Below the pieces are notes generated by a model. The model made no database searches. It saw only the letters and a program-made list of their open reading frames with translations, and had not been told where the DNA came from. A program made the position numbers and the translations under genes. A stretch of DNA of 64,000 nt. It comes from Amoebophrya sp. A120. Lineage: Eukaryota; Protista; Dinoflagellata. Below, piece by piece: positions 26,301 to 38,923 of the stretch. Location: positions 558,376-622,375 of the forward strand of contig CAJINV010000002.1 in the NCBI GenBank assembly GCA_905178155.1, written 5' to 3'. Within the stretch, counting starts at the first letter, position 1. The number at the start of each line of letters is the position of its first letter.

Positions 26301-29300
26301 TGCTCGGAGAGTTGCTTCTCCCGGTCGGTTAACTGTTGGGAAGAGACGTCCAGTATCAACTGCAAATATGTCTGGGCCTGGAAGATTGCGAGACATTTGT
26401 CATGCATGTTTTGCATGATCCATGGCTCCTGTAATGCATGGCCTAGCATCTTCACAGATTTTTTTTTTAGAGGGCTTCCTGATCATGCCTACTCCGCATG
26501 ACAAATGCCCTTCCCCCGTAGCACAAACTGGACCCCTTTATTTGCTGGTCATGCAATAGCAATACAGATCTTTTTACAATCCACAGTTAGCATCACAAGT
26601 TCGCTTCCTTCCAGACATCCAGGGGTATTTGCAATGCATATCCAGCTTCCGCCGCAACTCTTCGATTCCGTTCTGCAGCGCAGATTCCGCTTTGTTGGAT
26701 TCTTCTAACTGCAATTCCAAGACCCGGTTTTCCTGCGCTTTCTCGTCCGCGATAGACTGCAGGCTGTCCCTCTCCTTGTCTAGCTCTTTGAGAGCGGATT
26801 GAAGTGATTGGATCGTGATCTGCTTTTCCTCTAAAATCTCGTCCTTCTTCTCCTTTGTGGATAACATTTCCGACCGCGATTGCCGTTCGAAATCCAACAC
26901 CCTCTGCGTCTCCTGTAGCTGCTGCACGAGCTGCTCCCGGGTGTGTTCCAAAGCCGTCATGAGAGACGTAAGCTGCGACTTTTCCGCCTCTAGGTTTACA
27001 CATTTTTCCTTTAATTCACTGTTCTTCGTGCTCAGCTCCTCATTTCCCTTCTCCAAAAACGTGTAGTCGGATTTCTTCGCTTCTGTGACCTTTTTATCCT
27101 GTGCAAAAGTATCGTACTCGTAGTTGTAATCGCGATTCTGCAAAACAAATTTCGTTTTCAAGCTAAATCAGCATGACAAGTTCCATTTGCCATGCTGAGC
27201 TAATTTGTATTGCAATACTACGAGTACGATACTTTTGCAATGCATACTTTTCCTTCTCTTTCAGCTCCTGCCGCAGTCGGTCCATTTCCTTCACGAAAAC
27301 AATCCTCTCCTGCTATCAAAAGGAAAAATCCCCCCTCCCCATATCGAAAAGGAAATTTGTGATGCTGATTTGTGACCACAAAACAGCTTTGTCTTGCGTA
27401 CAAGGCAAACGGCACCCATGTGGCGTATTGTGCAGCGAGTCTGTCATGCGTTTTCGCATATGTTAGACGTGTTTCGCATGCTCAGTTGCTAGCCGGCTGC
27501 GTACCCAAATGGGCTTAGAATTTGCCGCCACGCTCTTGCTGCAATTCTGTACGCAAATCCAGCATCACAAATTTCCTTTTCGTTATGGAGAGAGGGTTTT
27601 TCCTTTTGATACCTGCTCAAACGCGTTCAACTTCGTCTCGGTCTGGTCCATCGTGAAGGACTGCAGTGACTTCGAAGACTTCAGTTCCTGCAGCTCCTTC
27701 TCGATCGTATCGCACTTCTCTTCCACGAGCTTCTTTTCCTTCTGTAACTCCGTCACCAACACCTCCAGCTTTTCGCTCGATTTTTTCTCGTTGGTGACGA
27801 TAATCTCGGACTTTTCCTTCGTGAGAATCAAGTCCTGGTTTTGCTCCGCCAGGGACAGTATGGCCTGCAAAGGTATCGTACTCGTATAAATGCATCACAA
27901 ATTTTCTTAGCATGAGAAATAAAATTTGTAATGCGAATTTATTTACCTTTTAAGAAAAAGATTTGTAATGCATGATTGCAATACGAGTGCGATACTTTTG
28001 CACAGGATAGACAGAACTTCCTGTTGAATGGACGTCATCTCCTGGTTGAACTGCGCGACCTTGTCTAAGAGTTGCTGCTTTTCTAGCTTCAGTTCCTGCT
28101 GTAAAGATTCGTTGCGGGATAGAAGTTATGAATTGCAAAAGTATCGCACTCGTATCTTAAATGCATGACAAATTCTCTCAGCATGAGAAATAAAATTTGT
28201 ATTGCGGATTTACCTTGAGAACAAAATTTGTAATGCATGATTGCAATACGAGTACGATACTTTTGCAAGTCATAAAAGTTTCTCGTTTTCGATCTTCAAA
28301 GAGGCGTTTTCCAGGTCCTGTTCCTTCCTAGATTTTATCAACTGCAAATACGTTGAAGAAACTTGTGATGCAAGTCTGCCTATGATTGGCGCACTGCAAT
28401 ACGCAGGCAAGCATGACAAGTTCTGGAGCTGCTCCTATATGTTGCGCATTTCGCATGGCAAAGTGCGCCCTTGCGTGACAGGCAAGGGGATCTTTTCCTG
28501 CTCATGCATCACAGAGTTAAAGAGGCATGCCAGCCGAGCATGACAGTCTTGCATTCTTCCAGACCCAGACATATTTGCACTGCCTAGATTTCGAATGCTC
28601 AGAAGTGAGCCGGACGATGTCGGATTCTTTACCTTTTATTGTTTTATGTTTCACAAGTATGGATGGTTGTCTTCGTCACGCAGACACCAACAGAGGTATG
28701 AGAGGGTGCTTGTCATCTTCATGCACCGGTGAAGCTCGCATAAAATCAATGAAAAAGCAAAACAAAGAATATCAAAAATCCTACTCATTTCGGTCCGCAT
28801 GGCTTTTTCCAATTTCTCCTCAAGATCCGCCTTTTCTCTTTTCGACTCTTTCAGCTTTTCCACCCACGTGCTGCACTCGGTCTGCAATATCCAGGAAAAA
28901 AAGTGTGTAACTGTAACTTTCCTGGAGGAACAGCATCACAAATTTGCTCTGCATGACAGAGAAAACCTCTCATGCGTGGCTTGTAAGGGAAAACACAAGC
29001 GAAAAGAGGACTTCATGATGGTTGTCTGACATGACAGGCGTAACTCTGTTGCATGTTCTGCATGACAGAGTTAATAATACACCTACACACTTTTTCTCTT
29101 GCATATGCAAGCTCGTCCGTTCGGTCTCGAGGAGGGCGATGCGCTCCTGCGCGTCGTTGAGCAGGCGCTTGGCAGAAGCGTGGGAGGCCTGGTGTAGTTG
29201 TATTTGGTAAAATTAGCATGAGAAAAAACGTTATTGAATGTAGATTTTTGCATGACAAGTTCATTTTCATCACTATCGCATGGAGTGCCTATTCCGCATT

Positions 29301-32300
29301 AGAAATGCCCTTCCCGCGTAGCAAAAATCGCATCCCCTTTGCTGCTCACGCAATACAGATTTTTTTGGAATCCGAATGCAGCATCACAAGTTGCATTCTT
29401 CCAGACCCAGACATTTTTACATTTGATATTGCACCTGATCGTACAACGTTTTCTCTTTTTGCTTCAAAACTTGGAGTATCACCTGCAGGTATGTCGGAGT
29501 TTGGAAAGAACTTGTGATGCGGGCTCGACAGTCATGAGGACGCCTCCAATCGCAGCGAAGCACGACAAGTTTTTGAGTCGCTAGGCGTTGCCCATTCTGC
29601 ATGGCAAACTGCGTTTCTGCATGACAGTAACCACTCGGGGCGCTTGGATAACGTACATGACAGACTTGAGACTCATGCTGGCCGAGCATGACAAACCTGG
29701 CCTTCTGCCCGACCCAGACATATTTGCAATTGATATGGAGAATTTTCTGGTAGGGTTCGAGCCGCAAAGCAACGTATTGTTCCGTAATTTTGTCGTACTC
29801 TTGGTTCGCGGCTTTTGTCATAGAAGTTGAGGATGTAGTACAACCACCGCCGGGTATAGATTCGTTTTTGCCCATAGTTGCAGAAGTTCCTGGATGCTGA
29901 TTCCCCTGCAGCTTGATGTAGTTTTCTTCTTCTTCTTCTTCTTCTTCTTCTCTCACCGACAGCACATTCATCTGTTTCAAGATCGGATCCACATCGTCCA
30001 GATCCTCCTCCTCGTTCACCGTGCCAATCGACGACATGAGCACAGATGGGTTCACCGCGGTTCTTTTGTGCTTCTTATTACTAGATGTTTGTTCCCCCGG
30101 AGCAGCTGCACCTCCGGGGTTGACTGAAATAGTTGACCCTGTGGAAGTTGTTGACAACACGGAGGAATTAATGATCTTGTTTCTCGACGTAGACACGGCA
30201 TTCAATCTCCCGTGTAGTTGCTGCTGTTGCTGCCCCCCGGAGGTTCCACGTGGGGCTGGGGAGTAAGTCGTGCGTTGTGGTTTATTTTTCAATTTTAAAT
30301 TTTCATTTGTTTTCCCAGGAACGACACCTCCGCCACTCCCGCTGTTCAAATTCCGCCACCTCCCGCTGTTCATTTTTGCATGACAAGTTCATTTTCATCA
30401 CTATCGCATGGAGTAGTAAGTACTTTCAGCTCCATTTCCTCCGACTTCAGCGTTATCACACAGAAAAAAGTTTTATTGTTTGCAGTCGCGCATGACAAGC
30501 TTGCCAATCATGCATTTGCATGCTATGATTGCAACATAAATTTGTCACGCCGAAGACACAACAACTTTTTGCCCATCTGATAAGCGCAACCGCTTCCTCA
30601 TCCCTTTTTCTCCTCGCCTCTAGCTCTGCCTGCTGCGACTTCTTCAGCTCTGATATCGCGGCCAACTGCTGCTCCAAATCGCCCCGTAAACTGCTCACCT
30701 CGTAATTCAACGAAGCAATTTCGGCGTCCTTCGCTCCCAACTGGAGCAGTCTCTCTTCCAAATATTTTTGTAGCGACCCCTTTTCGTCCTTCAAATCGTG
30801 CAAAGATTGCATCAGCTCGGACACCTGGGACTGCATTTTCTCGCTCTGTTTCATGGTGGAAGACGCGGAAATCGAGGTCGAATGGTTCTGCAGTTTCCAC
30901 TGCCGGAGCTGTTGCTCGGTTTCCTCTAATTATTGCAAGGAAAAATCCTCGCTCCCCATATTGCAAACGCATCCGTCTGAAAATTTGCGATGCAGATTTG
31001 TGGCCACAGATCGCGCCGGTCTTGCAGCAAGCCAAGCGCAGGCAGTCCGCCACGTTATGCAGGCGATTTGTAATGCCGTAGGGACTACATGGCAGCCGTG
31101 TACCATGCTAGGCGCCTACACCAAAAGGGCCCTACCTAGGCTTGCGATCTGCGTGCAGTCCTCTACTGCAAGACAAATCGGATTTGTGTACGCAAATCCA
31201 GCATCAGAGATTTCCTTTTCGATATGGGGAGGGGGGATTTTTCCTTCTGATACTAATTCCGCCGTTTTTAAAGCCAGTTGCGTCCGGGTGTTCACCTTCT
31301 CCGCGTTGGACTGCGCTAAATCCGCGGTGATGCGCTCCACGAGTTGCTCCAGCTCCTGGACGCGGGCGTCCGTTATCGTATTTAAAAACGCCCTCACCGC
31401 GCAGTTGTAATGCAAATCTGCATACTGAAAACGTTTCTTATGCGGAGCCCCATGGGAGCAAGCATTTTCTAGCCGTGTTTTGGAATTTGTCATTCTCCAA
31501 TCAGCATGATATACTAAGTTCGTGATGCTGCTGAACAACCTCAAATAACAGCACACTACGAGTCCAAATTTGTCATGCCAAACAGGCAAAACTTGTGGAT
31601 TTGTCTAGCCGATTCCCCATCTTGACTCTGGGGTGGGGACGTTTTTACATAGGATATCCGTGTTCAGAGACCCGTCGTCGAAGGGGGATTTCAGGGCGGC
31701 CTGATAGATCGTGGTGTTCTTGGGCAACTTCAACTTCTACAACAAAGATATTATCAATCACATCTTGTTCTCAATCATAATTCCAGTATCATTTTCGTGC
31801 ACGACCTTGACATTACCAACACGATGGCTGCCTCTTCTAGGAGCAGAGAAACACGGTTTAAAAATACGTCCAGCCGCAGCTGCACGACAGTGAACTGGCT
31901 TTTCACGCTGGACAGCTCCTCCTGGGTGGTCTTCAGTTCGTCTTCTTTCTGCTTCTTTTGGTTTCGCATCTCCCCCATTTCCACTTTGAGCTCCGCCAGT
32001 TCGTTGTTGCAGGACACAAATTGTGCGTGCTTTTCCATTATGCGCTGAAAATATGTTCGGGTCGGGAAAGAACCTGTGATGCTGTGACTTGCGTATGATT
32101 GAAGCCCTTGCAATGGCAGCCAAGCATGACAAGTTTTTGGGACCACGCCTGCTGATGCCTAGCACGCATTACAAATTGCCTTTTTGCATGACAAAGGAAG
32201 CTCCTCTTTTACTACACCTGCAATACAGAAGATTTTCCAGGAATGCAAGACACGCATTACAAGTTCCACTTTATTTCAAGACCCAGACGTATTTGCATTT

Positions 32301-34493
32301 GATATCCATCACCGAGTTTTCGATTGTCGAATGCTCCTTGGTCAACTGGGTTAACTTTTCGATTTTGTTCTCGTACTCGTATGCATCCGCAGAAGTATCT
32401 GTATCGCACTGGTACTGTGATTGCAGATATTTGCATGTCAAATCTCTTTTTTGAAGGTAAACGTAAATCTACATGACAAATTTCATTTTTCATGAAGAGG
32501 AAATTATCTGCCATGCGATTTCTACTAGTACGATACTTCAACTTTTGCAATGCATAACTCAGCCTCCTTCTCGATCTGCATCTGGTACCGGGTCTGCAGG
32601 GCCGCCAGATCGTGTTTCAAGTTGTTGTGGGCTTGCTTCTATGCATGGCAGAAGTAAGAACGCACTCGTGTTTTGTGATAGCTGCCGACCTTGCATGACA
32701 AATCTGGTTTCTATAGGTAACTCAGCATGACAAATTCCATTTGTCATGTTTAGGAAATTTGTAATGCGATTCATACTATACTTCTGCAATGCATAGCTTC
32801 AAATTATCAAACGCTGCAGTCGAGGTGCTGGCGTTCGCTTCGTTCATTTGCTCCGCCTTGCGCAGTATGCAATGCAAAAGTATCGCACTCGTACTTCTGA
32901 TTGCAGTTATGCATTACAAATCCAGATCTTAAGGTAAATCCGCATTACAACTTCCATTTCTAATGCTGAGAAAATTTGTATTGCAATCACTACTAGCACG
33001 TACGATAATTTTGCAGTTCATACGCAGCCGGTCGCGCAGCTGCCGGATTTCCACCTTGATTAATTTTCTAGAAGCATGGTCATCATGCAGTGAAGAAGAA
33101 AGACGCAACGCGTCGTCCTCCATTGTGTCGAGTCATCGACAGTACACATTCTTTCTGCAAATTTTAGGTCCATTGTCTCTGCATGCGGTAATTGTACAAA
33201 ATCTTACCTCGGCTTCCTCATTGTTCTGCGTTTTTGCGAGTCCCAGAGTTTATCGTAGGAAAGAGGAAAACCACGTGTCCCTTGACGACGTCTATTAGAA
33301 TTACCTACTGCTAATTCGCCAAAGAAGTGATGTTCATCGTCCTACATTCATACGACAGAGCAGTAGAACGGCTTTTTTTTCACCCTGTGCAAGAGCTCTG
33401 GTTTCATGCACAAGCTATGCTCAGCATGGATGCGGGTAGAAGTATGTTCACCTTCTTCCTTCTACTACAAAGTGTAATGGCTGCAAATGTGAAGAAATCC
33501 TTGGTCGTATCAACTAAGGCTAAGGATTTTTACGTCGTCGAGGTGGCGATTTCTTTTTCCTCACCATAGACTTTTTTGCTGCTCCAATTGGTCCTGCAAA
33601 GCCCGTATGCATTGCAAAAATGTCTGGGTCTGGAAGGATGCAAGGTTTGTCATGCACAGGTCCATGACACCTGACGTCTGTGATGCATGCCCTAGCATCA
33701 CAGATTTTGTGAGGGTTTCCTGATGCCTATATCGCTTGAGAAATGCCTTCTCGCCGTGGCAAAAACTGGACCTCATTTGCTGTTCATGCAATACAGATTT
33801 TTGTAGTATCCAAATGCAGCATCACAAGTTGCAACCTTCCAGATGAACCAGACATATTTGCATTTGATATCCCGCTTTTCTCGATTGAACCTCTCCTCGA
33901 GGGCGGCGGTTTGCCTGATGGAGGTATCGTTCAAATTTGGTAAGATGCATTTTCTGCATGACAACCATATGCCCACTTGCAATATCCGCATGACAAATCA
34001 CTATTTACGTATATATTCCTGTACCTTCTCGCGTTCTCCTCGAACTTTGCCACGTCTTTCTGTCTATCAAGTGCAAATATGTCTAAACCGCAAGATTTGT
34101 CATGCATCTCGTGCACCACGCACATCGTCTGGAATGCACACAAAAGCATCACAAATTTTGTGACACCTTTCTCATGCCTATCCCGCATGAGAAATCCGCA
34201 TTTTACCTAGCAAGAAGCGGGCAGCTTTTGGCGTTCGTGCAACACAGCTTTTTTGTGGTCGAGACTTAGCATGACAAGTTGCAGTCTTCCAGACGACCCA
34301 GACATGTTTGCATTTGATACTGTCGGTTCCCCTCGGAATCCTCATACCGCTGCTTTAGCAAGTGGAAGGACTCCACTGATTTGAGCAAGTCCTGTAGCAA
34401 GTGGTCCACTATGGGTGCGGCCTCGTGCGGGAAGTGTTCTGTGTAATGCAGCTCGGCTAGCCGCCGTTTCAGCACGGCGTAGACGTCCGACAT
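23335..34493 (-). CDS. CEP135: CEP135/BLD10-like centriolar coiled-coil protein with more than 25 introns
   Basis: N-terminus YAVLKRRLAELHYTEHFPHEAAPIVDHLLQDLLKSVESF resembles the conserved CEP135 N-terminus. Remaining exons are coiled coil. Probable stop at 23335. Confidence 0.75.
23369..23692. mobile_element. Introner family C (TIR tatcN2aaggaaaaatccccctccccatat)
   Basis: TSD cctca/cctca. Confidence 0.9.
23738..23962. mobile_element. Introner family G (TIR tatc...gaaaaaa)
   Basis: TSD ttcgc/ttcgc. Confidence 0.85.
24652..24911. mobile_element. Introner family B
   Basis: TSD ctcca/ctcca. Confidence 0.9.
24983..25223. mobile_element. Introner family E (TIR tatggcgttctcaactgttacat)
   Basis: TSD cgcgg/tgcgg. 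Confidence 0.85.
25283..25496. mobile_element. Introner family F (TIR tatNagagtgcacaact)
   Basis: Perfect 17-bp TIR; TSD decayed. Confidence 0.8.
25568..25724. mobile_element. Introner family A
   Basis: TSD ccgtt/ccgtt. Confidence 0.9.
25990..26268. mobile_element. Introner family D (TIR tatcctgNgtaaaaacgtcccca)
   Basis: TSD aattc/aattc. Confidence 0.9.
26354..26640. mobile_element. Introner family B
   Basis: TSD tccag/tccag. Confidence 0.9.
27095..27246. mobile_element. Introner family A
   Basis: TSD ctttt/ctttt. Confidence 0.9.
27314..27611. mobile_element. Introner family C
   Basis: TSD cctgc/cctgc. Confidence 0.9.
27859..28009. mobile_element. Introner family A (opposite orientation to 27095)
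   Basis: TSD gacag/gacag. Confidence 0.9.
28127..28274. mobile_element. Introner family A
   Basis: TSD gaagt/aaagt. Confidence 0.85.
28336..28586. mobile_element. Introner family B
   Basis: TSD gattt/gattt; right end variant cta. Confidence 0.8.
28888..29105. mobile_element. Introner family G
   Basis: TSD tgcaa/tgcaa. Confidence 0.85.
29287..30371 (-). pseudogene. Templated copy of part of the neighbouring C2 gene inside a GT-AG intron of CEP135
   Basis: 29412-29855 matches 17213-17656 and 29856-30355 matches 18114-18613. Flanked by a 43-bp direct repeat (29244-29286, 30372-30414). Confidence 0.9.
30454..30582. mobile_element. Introner family G-like
   Basis: TSD agcgt/agcgc. Confidence 0.75.
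30931..31252. mobile_element. Introner family C
   Basis: TSD ctaat/ctaat. Confidence 0.9.
31374..31656. mobile_element. Introner family D
   Basis: TSD tccgt/tccgt. Confidence 0.9.
32039..32304. mobile_element. Introner family B
   Basis: TSD tccat/tccat. Confidence 0.85.
32380..32556. mobile_element. Introner family A
   Basis: TSD actcg/actca. Confidence 0.8.
32640..32795. mobile_element. Introner family A
   Basis: TSD gcttc/gcttc. Confidence 0.85.
32866..33022. mobile_element. Introner family A
   Basis: TSD cgcag/cgcag. Confidence 0.9.
33606..33869. mobile_element. Introner family B
   Basis: TSD gcccg/tcccg. Confidence 0.85.
34065..34319. mobile_element. Introner family B
   Basis: TSD ctgtc/ctgtc; removal restores NRQKDV in frame. 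Confidence 0.9.
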
Positions 34494-35392
34494 GATTTTG
34501 GTTCTTTATGTCGGGGCACCGCAGGACGACCTCCACGAAGATCTTCGCGATCGAGCGGGAGGGCACCACCGCTCCTGCAGCGGTGGGCGGCGCTACTTAG
34601 TACCGCGGGTCGAGGAACTTGTGTCCTATCGCAGGACCGGGAAGCCGCGGCGCTAAATCGCAAAGGCTAGCTATGATACAGCACGACCCTTGCGTCGTCG
34701 CAAAGCAACATCTTGCTTGCTTTTTTTCGTTTATTTCACGGCATAGTGCGGTTGCAACACGACTTTCTACACCTACTCGCTCCGCCTATTTCATCATTCA
34801 TGGTGAGAGGTACTGCAGATAGGTACATCTAACTAGTAAACCTAAATAACTAGAGCAGACACAGAGAAAAGAGACGAAAACTCGAAGCATGCACTTGAAG
34901 AAGAACAGCTCGAGCTCTGAGTGGAAAAATATTTTCAACCAGCATGACCTAGTACACACGACGACGTCACGTCGGTCACCACGACCACCTCACATGCTAT
35001 ACAGTATGTACGCGCTCAACAGCAGTAGTCACCGCGCCAACTCAAACAAACTAGGTACTGCAGATTATACCTGGAAACACAACGAAAACACGAACAACAG
35101 AGCCAGCGGGCCTGTACCTTCTGTCTTGGTTGCTGGGTGATCATTCTTATTGCCAGCATGTCCCGAAGATTTTTTCATTTTTTCTGATAAAACAAAGTGG
35201 TGTACAAAATAAATTCAAGCTCGTTCTTCAGTTTTGCAGTGTCTTTCAGTGTACTTTTAGCTCAACATCTCGGCATCCCACCTTCAACTAGGCACGATGC
35301 TTTGCAGCTCTGGCACTAGAACTTTACGTAGCCGCTTTACGGCTCTTTCATCTTCTTGCGCTTCCGTCTCTTACTTTCTCCAAAGTCGCGCA

Positions 35393-35998
35393 TCATTTTT
35401 CACTGCAGCTGCGCTCCGTCATCATTTTTAGACCAATGATGAGGAAAAATCTCTCAGGAATGGGAAGGGATGGCTGCACCTCCAATGTGACCGTCACATC
35501 GACGCCGCCCATAGAGTCGCCCAGCAGGGGTTCCGGAGGCTGCTTTACCTGCAGATTGTATGGAGTTGTTCACGCATGACAAGGCCGGCAGTAATTGTGA
35601 CGCGCCGACGGAATGATAAATCAATTGAGCATAATTGCATGATTTCTTTCACCAGCAAATCGCGCAATTTCTATACAAGAAAGAAGTACCTCAGGAGCTG
35701 CACAAAAATCGTTTCCGCAAGGGGGCGTCACGGATGAATCTGGCATTTCCACATCCGACGACGCGACGACACCGACAGAGTTTGCGTCGGCACTAGAGGA
35801 GCTTGAGGGCGCTGGCAGAATTCTGACACTGCTGGAGGTGACCTTGTGTGCCTCGAGAATCAAGAGCTCGTGTTGTGAGCATGACGACACGAAGTTTCAT
35901 TGATGATGACATTAGTGTTATTTTTGCATGACAGATCTCCAAAACCAAATTGTGCATATCATGATCAGATCCCAAAACTATAGTACCTCGCCGTCATG
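35393..35998 (-). CDS. Small spliced hypothetical protein
   Basis: ATG near 35998, GT-AG introns at about 35900-35986 and 35550-35689, open exons. Confidence 0.35.
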
Positions 35999-38354
35999 AT
36001 TGCACTGCTGCTTAACATACGCGAGGGAAATCCTAGAAAAAACCGGCGTGTAGTGTAAATATCAACGTACTGCATTCATACGCAAGAAAATGAAAACAAA
36101 AATTCTTCCGCATAACAACGGATTCTGCTTTGCATTCCACGACTACGACAGTAGCTTGTTACTCTAAACACAGGTTTTTTCGCCTTGCATATCGGTGCCG
36201 GACTCAAGAGTAGCGTCTGGCATGGACACATCTGGAGCGAGATCATTCGTGCGGCGGTCGACTGGGAGTGTATACATATGAAAAACCGAACCCCTCCTCC
36301 TCCCTACGTTCCGGAAAGGGAGGGAAACACAAACACATTATCAAAATGTTGAAAATTTTATTTAGAATAGGTTGCTACCATCAAAGTGTTAAACGACCTA
36401 TCATACACTGGGAAAAACACAAACGCCCTGCTATATCATCTGTTTTTTTTCTCCAAAGTCGCGCATCATTTTTCACTGCAGCTGCGCTCCTAATTTCATC
36501 TCGTTGCCGGTGTCGTGTCTACTGCTTCAAGATGAACTGTAACTGACTGACTGCTGGTGGTGTACAGAAACTGAATTACAAAAAGGTGTACAGTGTATTG
36601 CGAAATCAATTCTTTTAATTTCAAAAGTGTAGTGTACAAAGAGAAACATTACATCGTGAAACAGAAACGGTACAATTGAAAAAGTTCTTTGTTTAATTTT
36701 GTCGACGAGATGAACGGGGACCAGAATCTATAATTTCGACTGCTAAAAGTTATTGTAGCATTTTTGCACGCACAGTCGACTGCATCAAGCACCGCGCTGT
36801 ATCGTCCGAAGTAACTGCGGTGCGCAATTATTTTTTATTTTTGCGACGTAAAAAATTTTAGAGTCGGAAATTCAACGGTCCCCTCGTCGGGTGGCTGAAA
36901 TCGTGGATAAACATAAAATTCAAACAAGCACAGAGACTTCGTCAATATCAATCGCTCTTGTAAAACCGACGAGAAGTTACAAAAGGTGGAGTTTGTGAAG
37001 ATCGCAACAGCAAGATTAAAGTCGATAGAAGCAGGCTGCAGCAACACCTCCCCCAGGTAGTACAGGGACTGCAGAAATAAAGGCACAATTGGAAGAGGTA
37101 AAAGTAATGGCCCCGTTCAGTATTTTTATCACTTTTACGCTTGAAAACAACGACCGATGGCACTGTAGTGGTTCTACTTCTAACTGAGACGGTCAACTTT
37201 TCACTTGCCTCTAGCTTTCAATAGCTTTGGCTTTGCTGCTAGCTTCTACCTAGTGCTTACGGTCGAGTTTTGTCCTTTTATTTGTCTCATCTGTTCTTCT
37301 ATGTATATGCTGCGTCCACCTTTTTTTTTCTAATTGGAAGCCCTTGCCCTTCGCCTTCAATAGCAATAGCTTTTTTCGTATAGCTATAGGATGTGTTCGT
37401 GTACTTACTCAAGCGATCTACATTGAAAGAAGCCGGCTACATGTGCCCGTACAAACTTTTTTCTGTGTTCTTGAAATTGAAATTGTAATTGTTGGAAATA
37501 AAGCTAGCATAGCTTTTCAAACATTCATTGATTGATGTTCTTCTTGTGTGTGGTGCTTTTTTCAATTATACAATGCTGCTGTAGCAGTAGCACCACTACA
37601 CTTCGATGTGCTTTAAATATCAGAAGTACGACTATACTTTTCTGTATTGCACCCTGCTCGGAGGTGTCGGTCTGTATTCTTTCAGGATTTATTTTTTCTT
37701 CCCCTTAGCTTACTGAATCGGTACAACTGGTTCTTCAGATTTTCAGTGCTCGTGCGCTTTTCCTCGTAGTTGCAGTTGGGTATGAAATTATTTCTTCTGA
37801 TTCAGATAAACCCTCATGTAGCAACATAAGTTTGGTTCTTGCATAATTACTAGAATAGTGTACGTGGTGGTAGGTCAACATGGGCGGGTACCTACGACCT
37901 TTTGCTCTGCTGTTGGTACACGGGAACGTCCGTAATGGTAAAAATTGAGAATAAAGTTAAAATTGAAACAGATACAGCAAACCCCCGCCGAACAAGCTCA
38001 ATGGGTTGATTCTGAATAAAAGTTAAAATTGAAAGAGATAGCTGTCGTGGTGCTGTTGTTAAAATTGTTTAAAGTATACTGTGATGGAAATTGTCATCTT
38101 TTCAGAAAATTATTGTGAAGAAAATTAATTTGAGCGGGAAAAAGGACACACTATAATTTGCTGCCCTGGCTGCGTTCAGCGTCTATTCTAGTACGAGGAC
38201 GGGGGGGCATTTGTACAGGGTTTTTGCTACAGAATCAGGCAGAGGACGTCGAGCATTGTATTTTGTTTTGGATTTTGGGTTTGGCACGGCACGACAAGCA
38301 AGAAAACTACACGCAACGAGCCCCAGGGGACGTCGAAGGTGATGCAGTTGCAGT

Positions 38355-38604
38355 TATGAAATGCCAAAGTGTCTGGGTCTGGGGAATACAAACTTGTGAT
38401 GCGCATTTCAGAGCAGAGAAAAATATCTCATGCATGGGCAGCAAAAGTTCCCGCATTCTGTCACCAAAATGGGGGATTTGTCATGCGGATTCGGTATTGC
38501 CAACGCTTCTCGAAACCTGTGACGCTAGAGCTTCCATGCCAGACCTTCTGTGTCATGCAAACGCAGCATAACTCTTCCAGACCCAGACACTTTTGCATCT
38601 GATA
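38355..38604. mobile_element. Introner family B
   Basis: TSD gcagt/gcagt. Confidence 0.9.
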
Positions 38605-38643
38605 GCAGTTATTTACTGCGTATTCGCGTACTGGAGTTCTTCT

Positions 38644-38923
38644 TATCCTGTGTAAAAACGTCCCCACACCATAGTTGTCATGCAAATCTGCATGCTTAAA
38701 ATGTTTCTCATGCGGAGCCCCATGAGAAGCATTTTCTAATGGTGTTTTGAAATTTGTCATGCCCTAATCAGCATGAGAGACTAGATCTGTAATGCTGCTG
38801 AACTAGCTCAAACAGCACTACACTACGCGTCCACATTTGTCATGCGAAACAGCCAAAGCTTGTGGATTTGTCTAGCCGATTCCCCATCTTGACTATGGGG
38901 TGGGTACGTTTTTACATAGGATA
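38644..38923. mobile_element. Introner family D
   Basis: TSD cttct/cttct. Confidence 0.9.

Noticed and set aside
29417-30373. 318-aa ORF as a nested gene or retrocopy
   Set aside because: It is a rearranged DNA copy that retains introners, and its deletion does not match intron boundaries.
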